Shown here: one piece after another, positions 7,394 to 15,896 of the stretch | How positions within the stretch are numbered: position 1 is the stretch's first letter | Layout: each line of letters opens with the position of its first letter | Assembly (NCBI GenBank): GCA_015228695.1 | Contig: JADGDA010000001.1 | Coordinates: 16,283-49,768, forward strand | Direction of reading: 5' to 3' | From: Alphaproteobacteria bacterium | GTDB lineage: Bacteria > Pseudomonadota > Alphaproteobacteria > Rhodospirillales > Rhodospirillaceae | Length of the DNA: 33,486 nucleotides | The notes under the pieces: generated by a model | What the model was told of the DNA's origin: nothing | Databases searched by the model: none | The model's input: only the letters and a program-made list of their open reading frames with translations | Made by a program: the position numbers and the translations under genes

Positions 7394-9453
7394 GACCGTC
7401 CCTCCTCGCACCAGTGTCTCCAAATCCGCCGGAACGCGGCCTCCCACTCGCGGGTGACGCCCGCGGCGTCGCACAGGGCCGAGGCCCGCATGGCCGGACG
7501 CAGGCTCCGCCGCAGCCGCTCCAGGCGCGGAGCGTCCGCCAGAAGGGCGCATCCCGTCTCCAGGAACACCTCGTCGGTCTCGGCCACCAGATCGCCAAGA
7601 CCAGCGTTGTTCAGGATCGAGGCCCCGAACCGCTGCAACGTATGCCCCCCCGCGCGGGTGAGAACCGGGACTCCCATCCACAGGGGAATCAGGCTGGAGG
7701 TGGCTCCGGACGAGGGGAACGTGTCGAGCATCACCCGCACCCTCCGATAAACGTCCATGTTCTTGAACCATCCGCCCGGCAGTCCCTCGAACAGGGCCCG
7801 GTCGGCGAGCGGGGCGAAGCGGGCGCGCCAGTGCTGTTCCATGGCGGGATGGCCATAGGCCTTGTTCTTGAACAGGATGCGGGCGCCGGGCGCCGCGTCG
7901 AGGAGACGCTTCCACAGATCGATGGTCTTGAGGCTGATCCGGACCGGATCGCCGAAGCAGCCGAACAAAAGCTCGTCGGGCACGTCGGGCGCGGGATCGG
8001 GCCAGAACTCCTTGGGCTCGAAGGGCGCGAACACTCTGTCCAGGCGGATCAGCTTCTCGCTGAACTGGCTGTCGAACCCCTCGGGCGTCAGATAGGCATC
8101 GCTCAGGAAATAGTCGATCTCGGCGACCCCGGTCGTCCCGCCGTGTCCCAACGGGGTCGTCACCTGAACCGGCGCGAGCCGCCGCTTGAAGGCGGCCAAG
8201 CGATTTCCGCCGCTGTGACCGCTGCAATCCACCAGGATGTCGATTCCGTCGGCCCGGCACATGTCCGCCAGTCCTCCGTCATGGATGCCCCGGCTGTCGC
8301 GCCAGCAATCGACGCTTTCACGGAACCATCCGGTCACCACGTCCTCGCTCAGGACCTCGTTGTAGCAGACCAGTTCGAACGAGGAGCGGTCGAAATGACG
8401 GAACAGCGGCAGCAGGAAGTAACTGACCGCATGGTCCTTGAAGTCGGCGGACACGAACCCGATCCGCAACCGCCGTTCCGGGTCGCGGGTATTGGTCAGG
8501 GAGGGGAAGTGGGCCGGAACCGTCCTCGACTGCGCCCGGTCCCAGGCCAGGGCCTCGTGGAGCAACGTGGCTCCGGTGACGTCATGCACATGGGTCAGGG
8601 CGAAAATCAGATTGCTCCGGGGAACGGCCAGATCGGGGTTCACCTCCGCGGCGCGGCGGAAAAGATCAACGGCGCCCTCGATATCGCCCTGCAACTGATA
8701 GACGTTGCCCAGATTGCTGAGGGCGGCGTCGTGCCTCGGGATCAGGGCCAGACAGCGCCGGAAGACCGCCGTCGCCTCGTGCAGCATCCCCCGCGAGCTG
8801 TAGACCAGCCCCAGATTGTTGAGGGCGTCGGGGAAGTCCGCCCGCAGCGCCAGCGCCTTCTGGTAACACGCGGCCGCCTCGTCGAGCCGCCCGGCCTTGC
8901 GGTGCAGTTCCCCGAGGCCGTTCAGACCCTCGGGGAAGTCGGGATGGATCCGCAACGCCTCCTCGTACATCACGACCGCCTCTTCCACGCGGCCGAATTT
9001 CTCCAGGGTCAGTCCGAGGTTGAAGCGGTACAGGTGATTCCCGGGAGCCACGGACAGGGCCCGCTCCCGGCATGCCATGGCCTCGTCCATGTGGCCCAGG
9101 TCCTGGAACAGGTTGCCCAGATTGTTGAAAACCTCGCCGTCGGCCGGAGCCAGGGACAGGGCCGTCCGCGCCGAGGACAGGGCCTCGTCGCGCCGCCCCA
9201 GGGCCTGAAGGGCCAAGGCGAGGTGCTGGTGGTAGACGGGCCATTGCCCGCTGATCCCGATCGCCTCCGTGATCAGGGATACGGCGGCGGAATGATTCCC
9301 GGTCTGATAGGCGAGGAGACCCAGCAAATGGATGGCGTCGGCATGCCTCGGCTCAACCTCCAGAATCTTCCGGTACAGGATTTCGGCATCGCCGAACCGG
9401 CCGTTGTTGTGATGATGGACGGCAAGCGCGAGGGCTTCGGGAATCGTGGGCAT
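7390..9453 (-). CDS. TPR-repeat + SPINDLY-type GT41-like glycosyltransferase (paralog E)
   Basis: Inner part of ORF 7390..9747. The start is ATG 9453 (MPTIPEALALAVHHHNNGRFGDAEILYRKILEVEP...), 2 nt after the upstream stop. GT41 motifs are LRIGFVSADFKDHAV, GIDILVDCSGHS, LAPVQVTTPLGHGGTTG and LDTFPSSGATSSLIPLWMGVPVLTRAG. Confidence 0.9.
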   Translation of the reverse strand: MPTIPEALALAVHHHNNGRFGDAEILYRKILEVEPRHADAIHLLGLLAYQTGNHSAAVSLITEAIGISGQWPVYHQHLALALQALGRRDEALSSARTALSLAPADGEVFNNLGNLFQDLGHMDEAMACRERALSVAPGNHLYRFNLGLTLEKFGRVEEAVVMYEEALRIHPDFPEGLNGLGELHRKAGRLDEAAACYQKALALRADFPDALNNLGLVYSSRGMLHEATAVFRRCLALIPRHDAALSNLGNVYQLQGDIEGAVDLFRRAAEVNPDLAVPRSNLIFALTHVHDVTGATLLHEALAWDRAQSRTVPAHFPSLTNTRDPERRLRIGFVSADFKDHAVSYFLLPLFRHFDRSSFELVCYNEVLSEDVVTGWFRESVDCWRDSRGIHDGGLADMCRADGIDILVDCSGHSGGNRLAAFKRRLAPVQVTTPLGHGGTTGVAEIDYFLSDAYLTPEGFDSQFSEKLIRLDRVFAPFEPKEFWPDPAPDVPDELLFGCFGDPVRISLKTIDLWKRLLDAAPGARILFKNKAYGHPAMEQHWRARFAPLADRALFEGLPGGWFKNMDVYRRVRVMLDTFPSSGATSSLIPLWMGVPVLTRAGGHTLQRFGASILNNAGLGDLVAETDEVFLETGCALLADAPRLERLRRSLRPAMRASALCDAAGVTREWEAAFRRIWRHWCEEGRS

Positions 9454-9455
9454 CG

Positions 9456-10715
9456 TCAGGGAGCATCCTGGTCCTGTGAGAGGGAAACGCGGCACTTCTC
9501 CGCGAGAAGACGCCAATTCCCGTCCGGTGAGACCACCGCCTCGCCGGTCTGCGGATCGCGGACGGACAGCGCGCCAAAACGCCAGACCCGTTGCCACAGG
9601 GCGGGATCGGCGGCCATCCTGGTCAGGGCGTACCGGCGCATCCGCCCCGCCACCAGCCTGCGTCCGACCAGGGCGTAGAGCAGGCCCACCCCCCCCGCCA
9701 ACCCCGCGGCGGTGGCCGTGGGCAGCAGCCAGAACGCCGCACCCCACGCCACCACGACCAGGATAAAGGCCCGGGTCGCGTAGAATTCCACGTTCAAGGG
9801 CGTGTGAACCACCCGCAGGGACGATTCCTTGACCTCCACCGTGATCCGTCCCCGCTCGCGGGCGGCCATGAGGAGGGCCAGCAGTTCGGGATCGCCGGGC
9901 TGGAGGGCCTCCGCCCTCTTCCGCAACTCATAGGTCTCGGGAACCCTCGGCGTCCCCTCCTCCGCCCGCTCGAAACGCTCCAGCGCCAGAACCGGCTGTC
10001 CGAGGTCGAGCCGCGCGAGACCGGAGGCGTTGAGAAGGGGCGCGGACTCGGGAAACCGGTCCAGAAGGGCCTCGGCCTCGGCCGCCGCCTCGGCGAACCG
10101 GCCCTGGCGATGGATGATCCGGGCGAGCCGCGCCACGACCGCCGGATCGTCCGGGGTCAGGGCGGCCGCCCGCCGCGCCTCCGCCTCCGCCTCTCCCAGC
10201 AGACCCTGATCCAGGAGCGCGTCGCAGAGATGGACCCGCGCCCCGGCCATCCCGGGATCGATGTCGATCGCGCGCCGGAAGGAAAGGGCGGCCTCGGCGA
10301 AGCGTCCCTGGGCCGACATGACCAGCCCGATGTTGTCGTGGCTGGCGGCGGCCAGATCGGGATCGATCTCCATGGTCCGCAGAAAGGCCTGCTCCGCCCG
10401 GGCCGGCTGTTTCATGCTGAGATAGACGTTGCCGAGATTGCTGAGGAACACGGCTTTGGAAGGCAGCAGTTCGACGGCCCGGCCGATCAGACTCTCCGCC
10501 TGCTCCAGATGCCCGGTGGCGTGGGCCACCAGCCCCAGAAGGTGCAGGGCGTCGGGACAGTCGGGATCGCGGTCCAGGACGGTGCGATAGACATGCTCCG
10601 CCTGGGCCAGATCGCCCTCGGCGTGAAGCAGAAGCCCCCGGCGGATCGTGTCCGCGATCGGCTCCTCGCCGTCGGGGGGGGACTCCGGCGGAGCGGGCTG
10701 GTTCATCGGCTGCAC
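9456..10715 (-). CDS. TPR-repeat protein with two C-terminal transmembrane helices and no glycosyltransferase domain
   Basis: ORF 9456..10715. The start is GTG at 10715 or ATG at 10706. TPR repeats run through about residue 250. A hydrophobic pair (AFILVVVAWGAAFWLL, AAGLAGGVGLLYALVG) lies at about 9666..9770, followed by a roughly 70-aa tail. Confidence 0.8.
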   Translation of the reverse strand: MQPMNQPAPPESPPDGEEPIADTIRRGLLLHAEGDLAQAEHVYRTVLDRDPDCPDALHLLGLVAHATGHLEQAESLIGRAVELLPSKAVFLSNLGNVYLSMKQPARAEQAFLRTMEIDPDLAAASHDNIGLVMSAQGRFAEAALSFRRAIDIDPGMAGARVHLCDALLDQGLLGEAEAEARRAAALTPDDPAVVARLARIIHRQGRFAEAAAEAEALLDRFPESAPLLNASGLARLDLGQPVLALERFERAEEGTPRVPETYELRKRAEALQPGDPELLALLMAARERGRITVEVKESSLRVVHTPLNVEFYATRAFILVVVAWGAAFWLLPTATAAGLAGGVGLLYALVGRRLVAGRMRRYALTRMAADPALWQRVWRFGALSVRDPQTGEAVVSPDGNWRLLAEKCRVSLSQDQDAP

Positions 10716-10728
10716 GGCCCGGCCCGCG

Positions 10729-11619
10729 TCATTTGACCCACGTTCCTTTCCGCACCGCTTGGCTCAGGTGGCGGACGTAGGCCCCGTAGCTGCTGTTGCC
10801 GATTCCGGCCACGCACCGGTGCAGGCCCTCGTCGTCGATGAATCCCATCCTGTAGGCGATTTCCTCCAGACAGGCCACGGTCAGCCCCTGGCGGTCCTCG
10901 ATGGCCTGCACGAAGATGGCCGCCTGCAACAGGGACTCATGGGTGCCGGAATCAAACCAAGCGTACCCGCGTCCCATTTCCTGCACCTGGAGCCGATCCT
11001 GCTTGATATAGGCCCGGATGAGGTCGGTGATTTCGGTTTCGCCCCGGGCGGACGGGACGAGTCCGGCGGCGGCCTCCACCACCTCGGGACCGAAGAAGTA
11101 AAGCCCGGTCACGGCCTCGTTGGAAATCGGCGTCCGGGGCTTTTCCACCACGTCGGCCGGCCGTCCGTCGGCGTCGCGGATCAAAACGCCATAGGCCTCC
11201 GGGGTCCGGGTCAGATAGGTGAAGATGGTGGCTCCGGCCTCCTGCGAGCGGGCGGCCTTCAGCAGTTCCGGCAGTCCGTGGCCGAAGAAGATATTGTCGC
11301 CCAGCACCAGGGAGCACCGGTCCCGGCCGATGAAGTCCCGCGCCAGGACGAAAGCCTGGGGCAACCCCTCAGGCTTGGCCTGAACCGCGTATTCGATGGA
11401 CAGCCCCCACGGCGAGCCGTCCCCCAGCAGGGCCTTGAAGTTCCCTTGATCCTCGGGCCGGGTGATCACCAAAATCTCGCGGATACCCGCCAGCATCAGG
11501 ACGGACAGCGGGTAATAGACCATCGGCTTGTTGTAGACGGGCAGCAACTGCTTGCTGACCCCCAGGGTCACGGGCCAGAGCCGCGTCCCCATGCCTCCGG
11601 CCAGAATGATGCCCTTCAT
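10729..11619 (-). CDS. rfbA: Glucose-1-phosphate thymidylyltransferase
   Basis: Inner part of ORF 10729..11916. ATG 11619 forms an ATGA overlap with the upstream stop. The 296-aa product begins MKGIILAGGMGTRLWPVTLGVSKQLLPVYNKPMVYYPLSVLMLAGIREILVI and also contains LGDNIF and YAWFDSGTHESLLQA, the classic RmlA signature. Confidence 0.95.
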   Translation of the reverse strand: MKGIILAGGMGTRLWPVTLGVSKQLLPVYNKPMVYYPLSVLMLAGIREILVITRPEDQGNFKALLGDGSPWGLSIEYAVQAKPEGLPQAFVLARDFIGRDRCSLVLGDNIFFGHGLPELLKAARSQEAGATIFTYLTRTPEAYGVLIRDADGRPADVVEKPRTPISNEAVTGLYFFGPEVVEAAAGLVPSARGETEITDLIRAYIKQDRLQVQEMGRGYAWFDSGTHESLLQAAIFVQAIEDRQGLTVACLEEIAYRMGFIDDEGLHRCVAGIGNSSYGAYVRHLSQAVRKGTWVK

Positions 11620-13736
11620 GTCGCCGTCCCCCCCTGCCGGGCGCACCATTCGCGCCACATGGAGCGATAGGCGCCTTCGGCGGAGCGGGCGAAGCCCGCC
11701 ACGTCGCAGACCGCGCCGGAAGCCATCCTTCCCCGAAGGCTCCCGCGAAGCGCGGCCAACCGCCCCCCATCGCCAGCCAAGCCCGCCGCCTTGTCCACGT
11801 ACCCATCGAACGAATGGGCGATCAGATCGTCGAGACCGACCGCGCGCAGAATCGAACGGCCGAAGCGGCCTGCGGAATGCGCCCCCGCCAGCGACACCAC
11901 CGGGACGCCCATCCACAAGGGAATGAGTGTCGACGTCGCGCCGGTGATCGGAAAGGTATCAAGGACCAGCGAGACCTGTCCATAGAAATCCATGTGGCGC
12001 GGCCACCCGCCGGGCACGCCTTCCAGGATCAGGCCGTCGCCCAGGGCGGCGAAGCGGCGGCGCCAGTACGCCTCCTGCCCGGCCTCGCCGAACGCGCCGT
12101 GCTTGAGCACGATCCGCGCCCCCGGCAACCGTTCCAGAAGCCGGGACCAGACGGCGACCACCCCGTCGCCGATCCGGGCGGGATTGGCCATGCACGCCAG
12201 CAGCGGCGCTCCTCCCGGCGGCGGGGAAACCTCGGGCCACGAGGGGTCCGGGCGGAACGGGGCGAAAATGGGCAGACGGATGACCGTCTCGGAGAACTCC
12301 CCGTCGTGGCCTTCCGGGGCCAGCGCGGAATCGGCGAGGACGTAATCCATGGCCGCCAAACCCGTCGTCCCCCCATGACCCAGAAGCCAGGTCACCTGGA
12401 CCGGCGCGGGGGCTCGGGCGAGGGCCGCGAGGCGGTTGCGGCCGGAATGTCCGGCGCATTCCACCAGGATATCGATCCCGTCGGCCTGAATCTGTTCGAT
12501 CAGGGCCTCGTCCCGCAGGCCTTGGACCTCCCGCCATCGATCCGCGCCCGCGCGGACGGAGTCCGTGACCTCGTCGCTTTGGGGATGATCGTGATAGCAG
12601 CAGACCTCCACCCGATCCCGATCGTGGGCCGCGACCACTCCGGGAAGGAAGAAGCCGACCGGGTGACGCCTGAAATCGGGGGAGAGGTATCCCACCCTGA
12701 GGCGGCGGAGGGGATCGGGGGTGTTCAGGCACATGCAGCGGGCCGCCCGCCCGTGCGCCCCATCCCAGGACCGGGCCTCCTCAAGCAGCGAGGCCGCCGT
12801 GGCGTGGGGCTCGCCCTGAAGCGCGAGCAGGAGATTGCTATGGACCGCCGGATCGGGCGCGAGGCGGAGCGCGGCCCGGTAGGTCTCCACCGCCTCCCCG
12901 GCCCGGCCCAACGCCGCGAGGGAACCGGCCAGATTGGACAGAACCGTCGCCTGAGCGGGCTCCCTGTCGAGGATGGAGCGGTAGAGTCCGGCGGCTTCGA
13001 CGTTGGCGCCCTCCGCCGACAGCAGATTCGCGAGATTGTTGACGGCGCTCGTCTCCCCGCTGAAGGCGACCGCCCGGCGCAGAATATCGATGGCCGGTTT
13101 CACCTTCCCGGATTTCGCCAGGGCGTCGGCCAGACAGAGGCAGGCGTCAAGGTCGTCCCCATGGCGGGCCAGCACGTCGGTGCAGATCGCGATTGCCCGC
13201 TCGAACTGCCCGTCGCCCGTCAGCGCCATGGCGAGATTGACCGACGCGCCCCGCATGTCGGGAGCCTTGAGCACTACGGCCTTGAACATCTCCCCGGCCT
13301 CGCGCCACTCCCGGCGATGGAGATGGATCGCGCCGAGATTGTTGCGGGCGTTGAGATTGCCGGGGTCCCGGCGCAGCGCGCGGCGGAAGCAGTCGGCCGC
13401 CTGATCCGGGTCCCCCCTGGCGATCAGCGTCGCCCCGAGATTGCACCAGGCGTCGGCCCGATCGGGATCGAGGGCCAGGGCGCGCCGGATCAAGGCCTCC
13501 GCCCCGTCGAGATCGCCTCCCAACTGGCGGCAGACCCCCCGGTAGTGCAGGGCGGCGGCATGGGTCGGCAGCAGGGCGGAAAGCCTCTCCAGGATATCCC
13601 CGGCTTCCGCCGGCCTTCCACCGGCAAGACACGACACCGCAAAGCGGACAAGCTCCGCCGCGACGGGGGCGACGGACTCCGTGTCGCCGGACGACAACCG
13701 TTGCCGAATCGCGGCCAACGCCTGTTCGACGCTCAA
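11616..13736 (-). CDS. TPR-repeat + SPINDLY-type GT41-like glycosyltransferase (paralog H)
   Basis: Inner part of ORF 11616..13952. The proposed start is TTG 13736..13734, a TTGA overlap with the slt stop, with GGGAGGCGGGGGAAGG immediately upstream. GT41 motifs are LRVGYLSPDFRRHPV, GIDILVECAGHS, PAPVQVTWLLGHGGTTG and LDTFPITGATSTLIPLWMGVPVVSLAG. The start is uncertain. Confidence 0.85.
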   Translation of the reverse strand: MSVEQALAAIRQRLSSGDTESVAPVAAELVRFAVSCLAGGRPAEAGDILERLSALLPTHAAALHYRGVCRQLGGDLDGAEALIRRALALDPDRADAWCNLGATLIARGDPDQAADCFRRALRRDPGNLNARNNLGAIHLHRREWREAGEMFKAVVLKAPDMRGASVNLAMALTGDGQFERAIAICTDVLARHGDDLDACLCLADALAKSGKVKPAIDILRRAVAFSGETSAVNNLANLLSAEGANVEAAGLYRSILDREPAQATVLSNLAGSLAALGRAGEAVETYRAALRLAPDPAVHSNLLLALQGEPHATAASLLEEARSWDGAHGRAARCMCLNTPDPLRRLRVGYLSPDFRRHPVGFFLPGVVAAHDRDRVEVCCYHDHPQSDEVTDSVRAGADRWREVQGLRDEALIEQIQADGIDILVECAGHSGRNRLAALARAPAPVQVTWLLGHGGTTGLAAMDYVLADSALAPEGHDGEFSETVIRLPIFAPFRPDPSWPEVSPPPGGAPLLACMANPARIGDGVVAVWSRLLERLPGARIVLKHGAFGEAGQEAYWRRRFAALGDGLILEGVPGGWPRHMDFYGQVSLVLDTFPITGATSTLIPLWMGVPVVSLAGAHSAGRFGRSILRAVGLDDLIAHSFDGYVDKAAGLAGDGGRLAALRGSLRGRMASGAVCDVAGFARSAEGAYRSMWREWCARQGGTAT

Positions 13737-15784
13737 CCTTCCCCCGCCTCCCGGAATGACAGATCGCTCCGGCGCTTGATGTCGTTTTCCAGCGATTGGC
13801 CGACCTGGGCCGCGTCGAGCCTTCTCCGGTAGACCTGGAGGCATTCGAGCACCCGCTGGACGTAGTTGCGCGTCTCGCTGTAGGGGATCGTCTCGACCCA
13901 GTCGATCGCGTCGATATCGGGTTGTCTCGGGTCGCCGAACTCCCGGACCCACTGGCGCGCCCGCGCGGGACCGGCGTTATAGGCGGCGATCGCCAGAACG
14001 TAGGACCCCTCGAACGAGCCGATGAGATGACCCAGGAACGCCGTCCCCAGCCTCACGTTGTATTTCGGGTCCTGCGTCAGACGCTGCTTGGCGAAGGGAA
14101 GATCGAGGCTCTTGGCCATCTGCTGGGCGGTGCCGGGCAGAAGCTGCATCAACCCCAGGGCCCCGGCGCTGCTGACGGCGGCGGGAAGGAAGTTGCTTTC
14201 CTGACGGATCACGGACAGGACCAGGGCTTTCTCGGGGAGTTCCCCGGAAGCCTCGTCGATCACGGGAAAGCCGGCCTCGATCAGGGCCACGCCCTTCTGG
14301 GCCGCCCGCCGCGCCGCCGCGACGGTGGTGTCGGGACGGCCGTCGCGGGCCGCGAGCTTGACGGCAAGAACATGCTGGCCGGGAGTCCTGGCCAGTTCAA
14401 CCAGCCGCAGGACAAAGGGCCGGATCTGGTCGCGGGCGCCGACCTCGGCCAGCATCTCCACCACCCTGACCAGTTCGCCCCGGCCGAAGTCGGCGAGGTC
14501 TTCCTTCGTCGGAACGGGATCGCCCGGCAGGGACCAGGGCCGTCCGCCGCCGAGACGTTCCGCCGCAAGCTGGCCGTAATAGGACGTGAGGTGGTCCGCC
14601 GCGATCCGGTACCATTTTTCGGACTCGGCCTTGTCGCCCATCTCCTCGCTGGCGCGTCCGGCCCAGTAGGCCCCGCGCGAGCGGCTCATGGGGGAGGCGA
14701 CTCCGTCGAAGGCGCGCTTGAAATGCTTGAGCGCGGCGCCCTTCTCGCGCAGGGACCGAAGGGCGATCCATCCCGCGAGCCACTCGGCCTCGGCCAATTG
14801 CGCCCCCTCCAGCGGGCCGTGGGTCCGGGCGGCGTCGTAGGCCTGGGAGACATGCCCCATCCGAAGGAGTTCCCGCGCGAGGACGGACCGTTCCTTCCAC
14901 CAGAGCTGGGGACTTCCCTTGTCTCCGCCATTCCCCGGCAGGAGGGCGGCGGCGTCGATGTAAAGCTCCTTCTTGCGGCGCCAGCGTACCCGTTCGAAGC
15001 GCAGTCCGGGATCGTTCCTGAGTTCCGCCGGCACCTTGGCGACCGCCCCCTCGGCCCCCGCCTTCTGCCCGGCCAGGAGCATCCGGGCCTGGGCCAGCGA
15101 CCGGTGCCCCGGATCGACCCTGGACAGCATCCGGCCCGCATGGTCGAACCGCTGGTCCCACAACAGCCTGTCGAGGCGCGCCAGATGATCTTCCTTGCGC
15201 AGGCGGTGCCCGTGCAGTTTCAGAAACTGGCTCTCTTGGGTCGAGCCGAAGACGTCGTTGACCCAGGCGTCGCGGATCACCGCGGTCGCCTTATCCTCCC
15301 GTCCCGTGCCGGACAGGGCGCGCGCCCAGGCCATTTTGCCGTTGGGGGTGATCGGAGGATGCTCGATAAACCAGGCGAGAAGCGCCTCGTTCGGCTCCGT
15401 CAGCCCCAGGGCGTCCTCGGCCCGCCGCGCCAAGGCGTTCGGCTGGGGCCAGTCGGGGTTGTCGTGGGCAAACTCGGAAATTTCCTGGAACGACGCATCG
15501 GAACGGGGATTGACGTATTCCATCCACCGGAGCGTCTTGGCCAGAAGCTTGTCGTGGGCCTTGCGGGCCCAGGCGCGGGCCTCGCCCCATTTTTCCTTGT
15601 CGGCGGCGGCGAAGGCCGCGCGGTAAGCTTTCCGGTCGTCCTCGGACAGGGACCCCGCCCTCGCGGCCCCGGCAAGGCCCCCGGCAAGAACGGCGATCAG
15701 CAGAATGAACGACGCGGCAAGAACCTTCGGCTTCGGCACGATGGAGCCTCGCGGTGGGGGGCTGAAATCGGGAGCGCCCGCCAT
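13733..15784 (-). CDS. slt: Soluble lytic murein transglycosylase (Slt70-like), exported
   Basis: Inner part of ORF 13733..16369. The start is ATG 15784 (MAGAPDFSPPPRGSIVPKPKVLAASFILLIAVLAGGLAGAARA, signal-peptide-like), or the GTG a few codons downstream. The C-terminal lysozyme-like domain carries VIRQESNF, GLMQLLPGTA and AAYNAGP. Confidence 0.9.
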   Translation of the reverse strand: MAGAPDFSPPPRGSIVPKPKVLAASFILLIAVLAGGLAGAARAGSLSEDDRKAYRAAFAAADKEKWGEARAWARKAHDKLLAKTLRWMEYVNPRSDASFQEISEFAHDNPDWPQPNALARRAEDALGLTEPNEALLAWFIEHPPITPNGKMAWARALSGTGREDKATAVIRDAWVNDVFGSTQESQFLKLHGHRLRKEDHLARLDRLLWDQRFDHAGRMLSRVDPGHRSLAQARMLLAGQKAGAEGAVAKVPAELRNDPGLRFERVRWRRKKELYIDAAALLPGNGGDKGSPQLWWKERSVLARELLRMGHVSQAYDAARTHGPLEGAQLAEAEWLAGWIALRSLREKGAALKHFKRAFDGVASPMSRSRGAYWAGRASEEMGDKAESEKWYRIAADHLTSYYGQLAAERLGGGRPWSLPGDPVPTKEDLADFGRGELVRVVEMLAEVGARDQIRPFVLRLVELARTPGQHVLAVKLAARDGRPDTTVAAARRAAQKGVALIEAGFPVIDEASGELPEKALVLSVIRQESNFLPAAVSSAGALGLMQLLPGTAQQMAKSLDLPFAKQRLTQDPKYNVRLGTAFLGHLIGSFEGSYVLAIAAYNAGPARARQWVREFGDPRQPDIDAIDWVETIPYSETRNYVQRVLECLQVYRRRLDAAQVGQSLENDIKRRSDLSFREAGEG

Positions 15785-15896
15785 TCTAGGGAATTCCGCC
15801 CCGTGGCCGCAAGACCCGAAGACCCTTAAGTCTTGCCCCCCTGCCGGGACGGGGCTATCTTCGCCCGGCCATTGACCATCCGAGGCCGCCGCGGAC
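15785..15896. promoter_or_regulatory. Divergent intergenic region between slt (-) and the GT2 gene (+); presumed promoters
   Basis: This is the only non-coding gap between the two divergent transcription units. I could not assign any specific -35/-10 motif. Confidence 0.3.
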
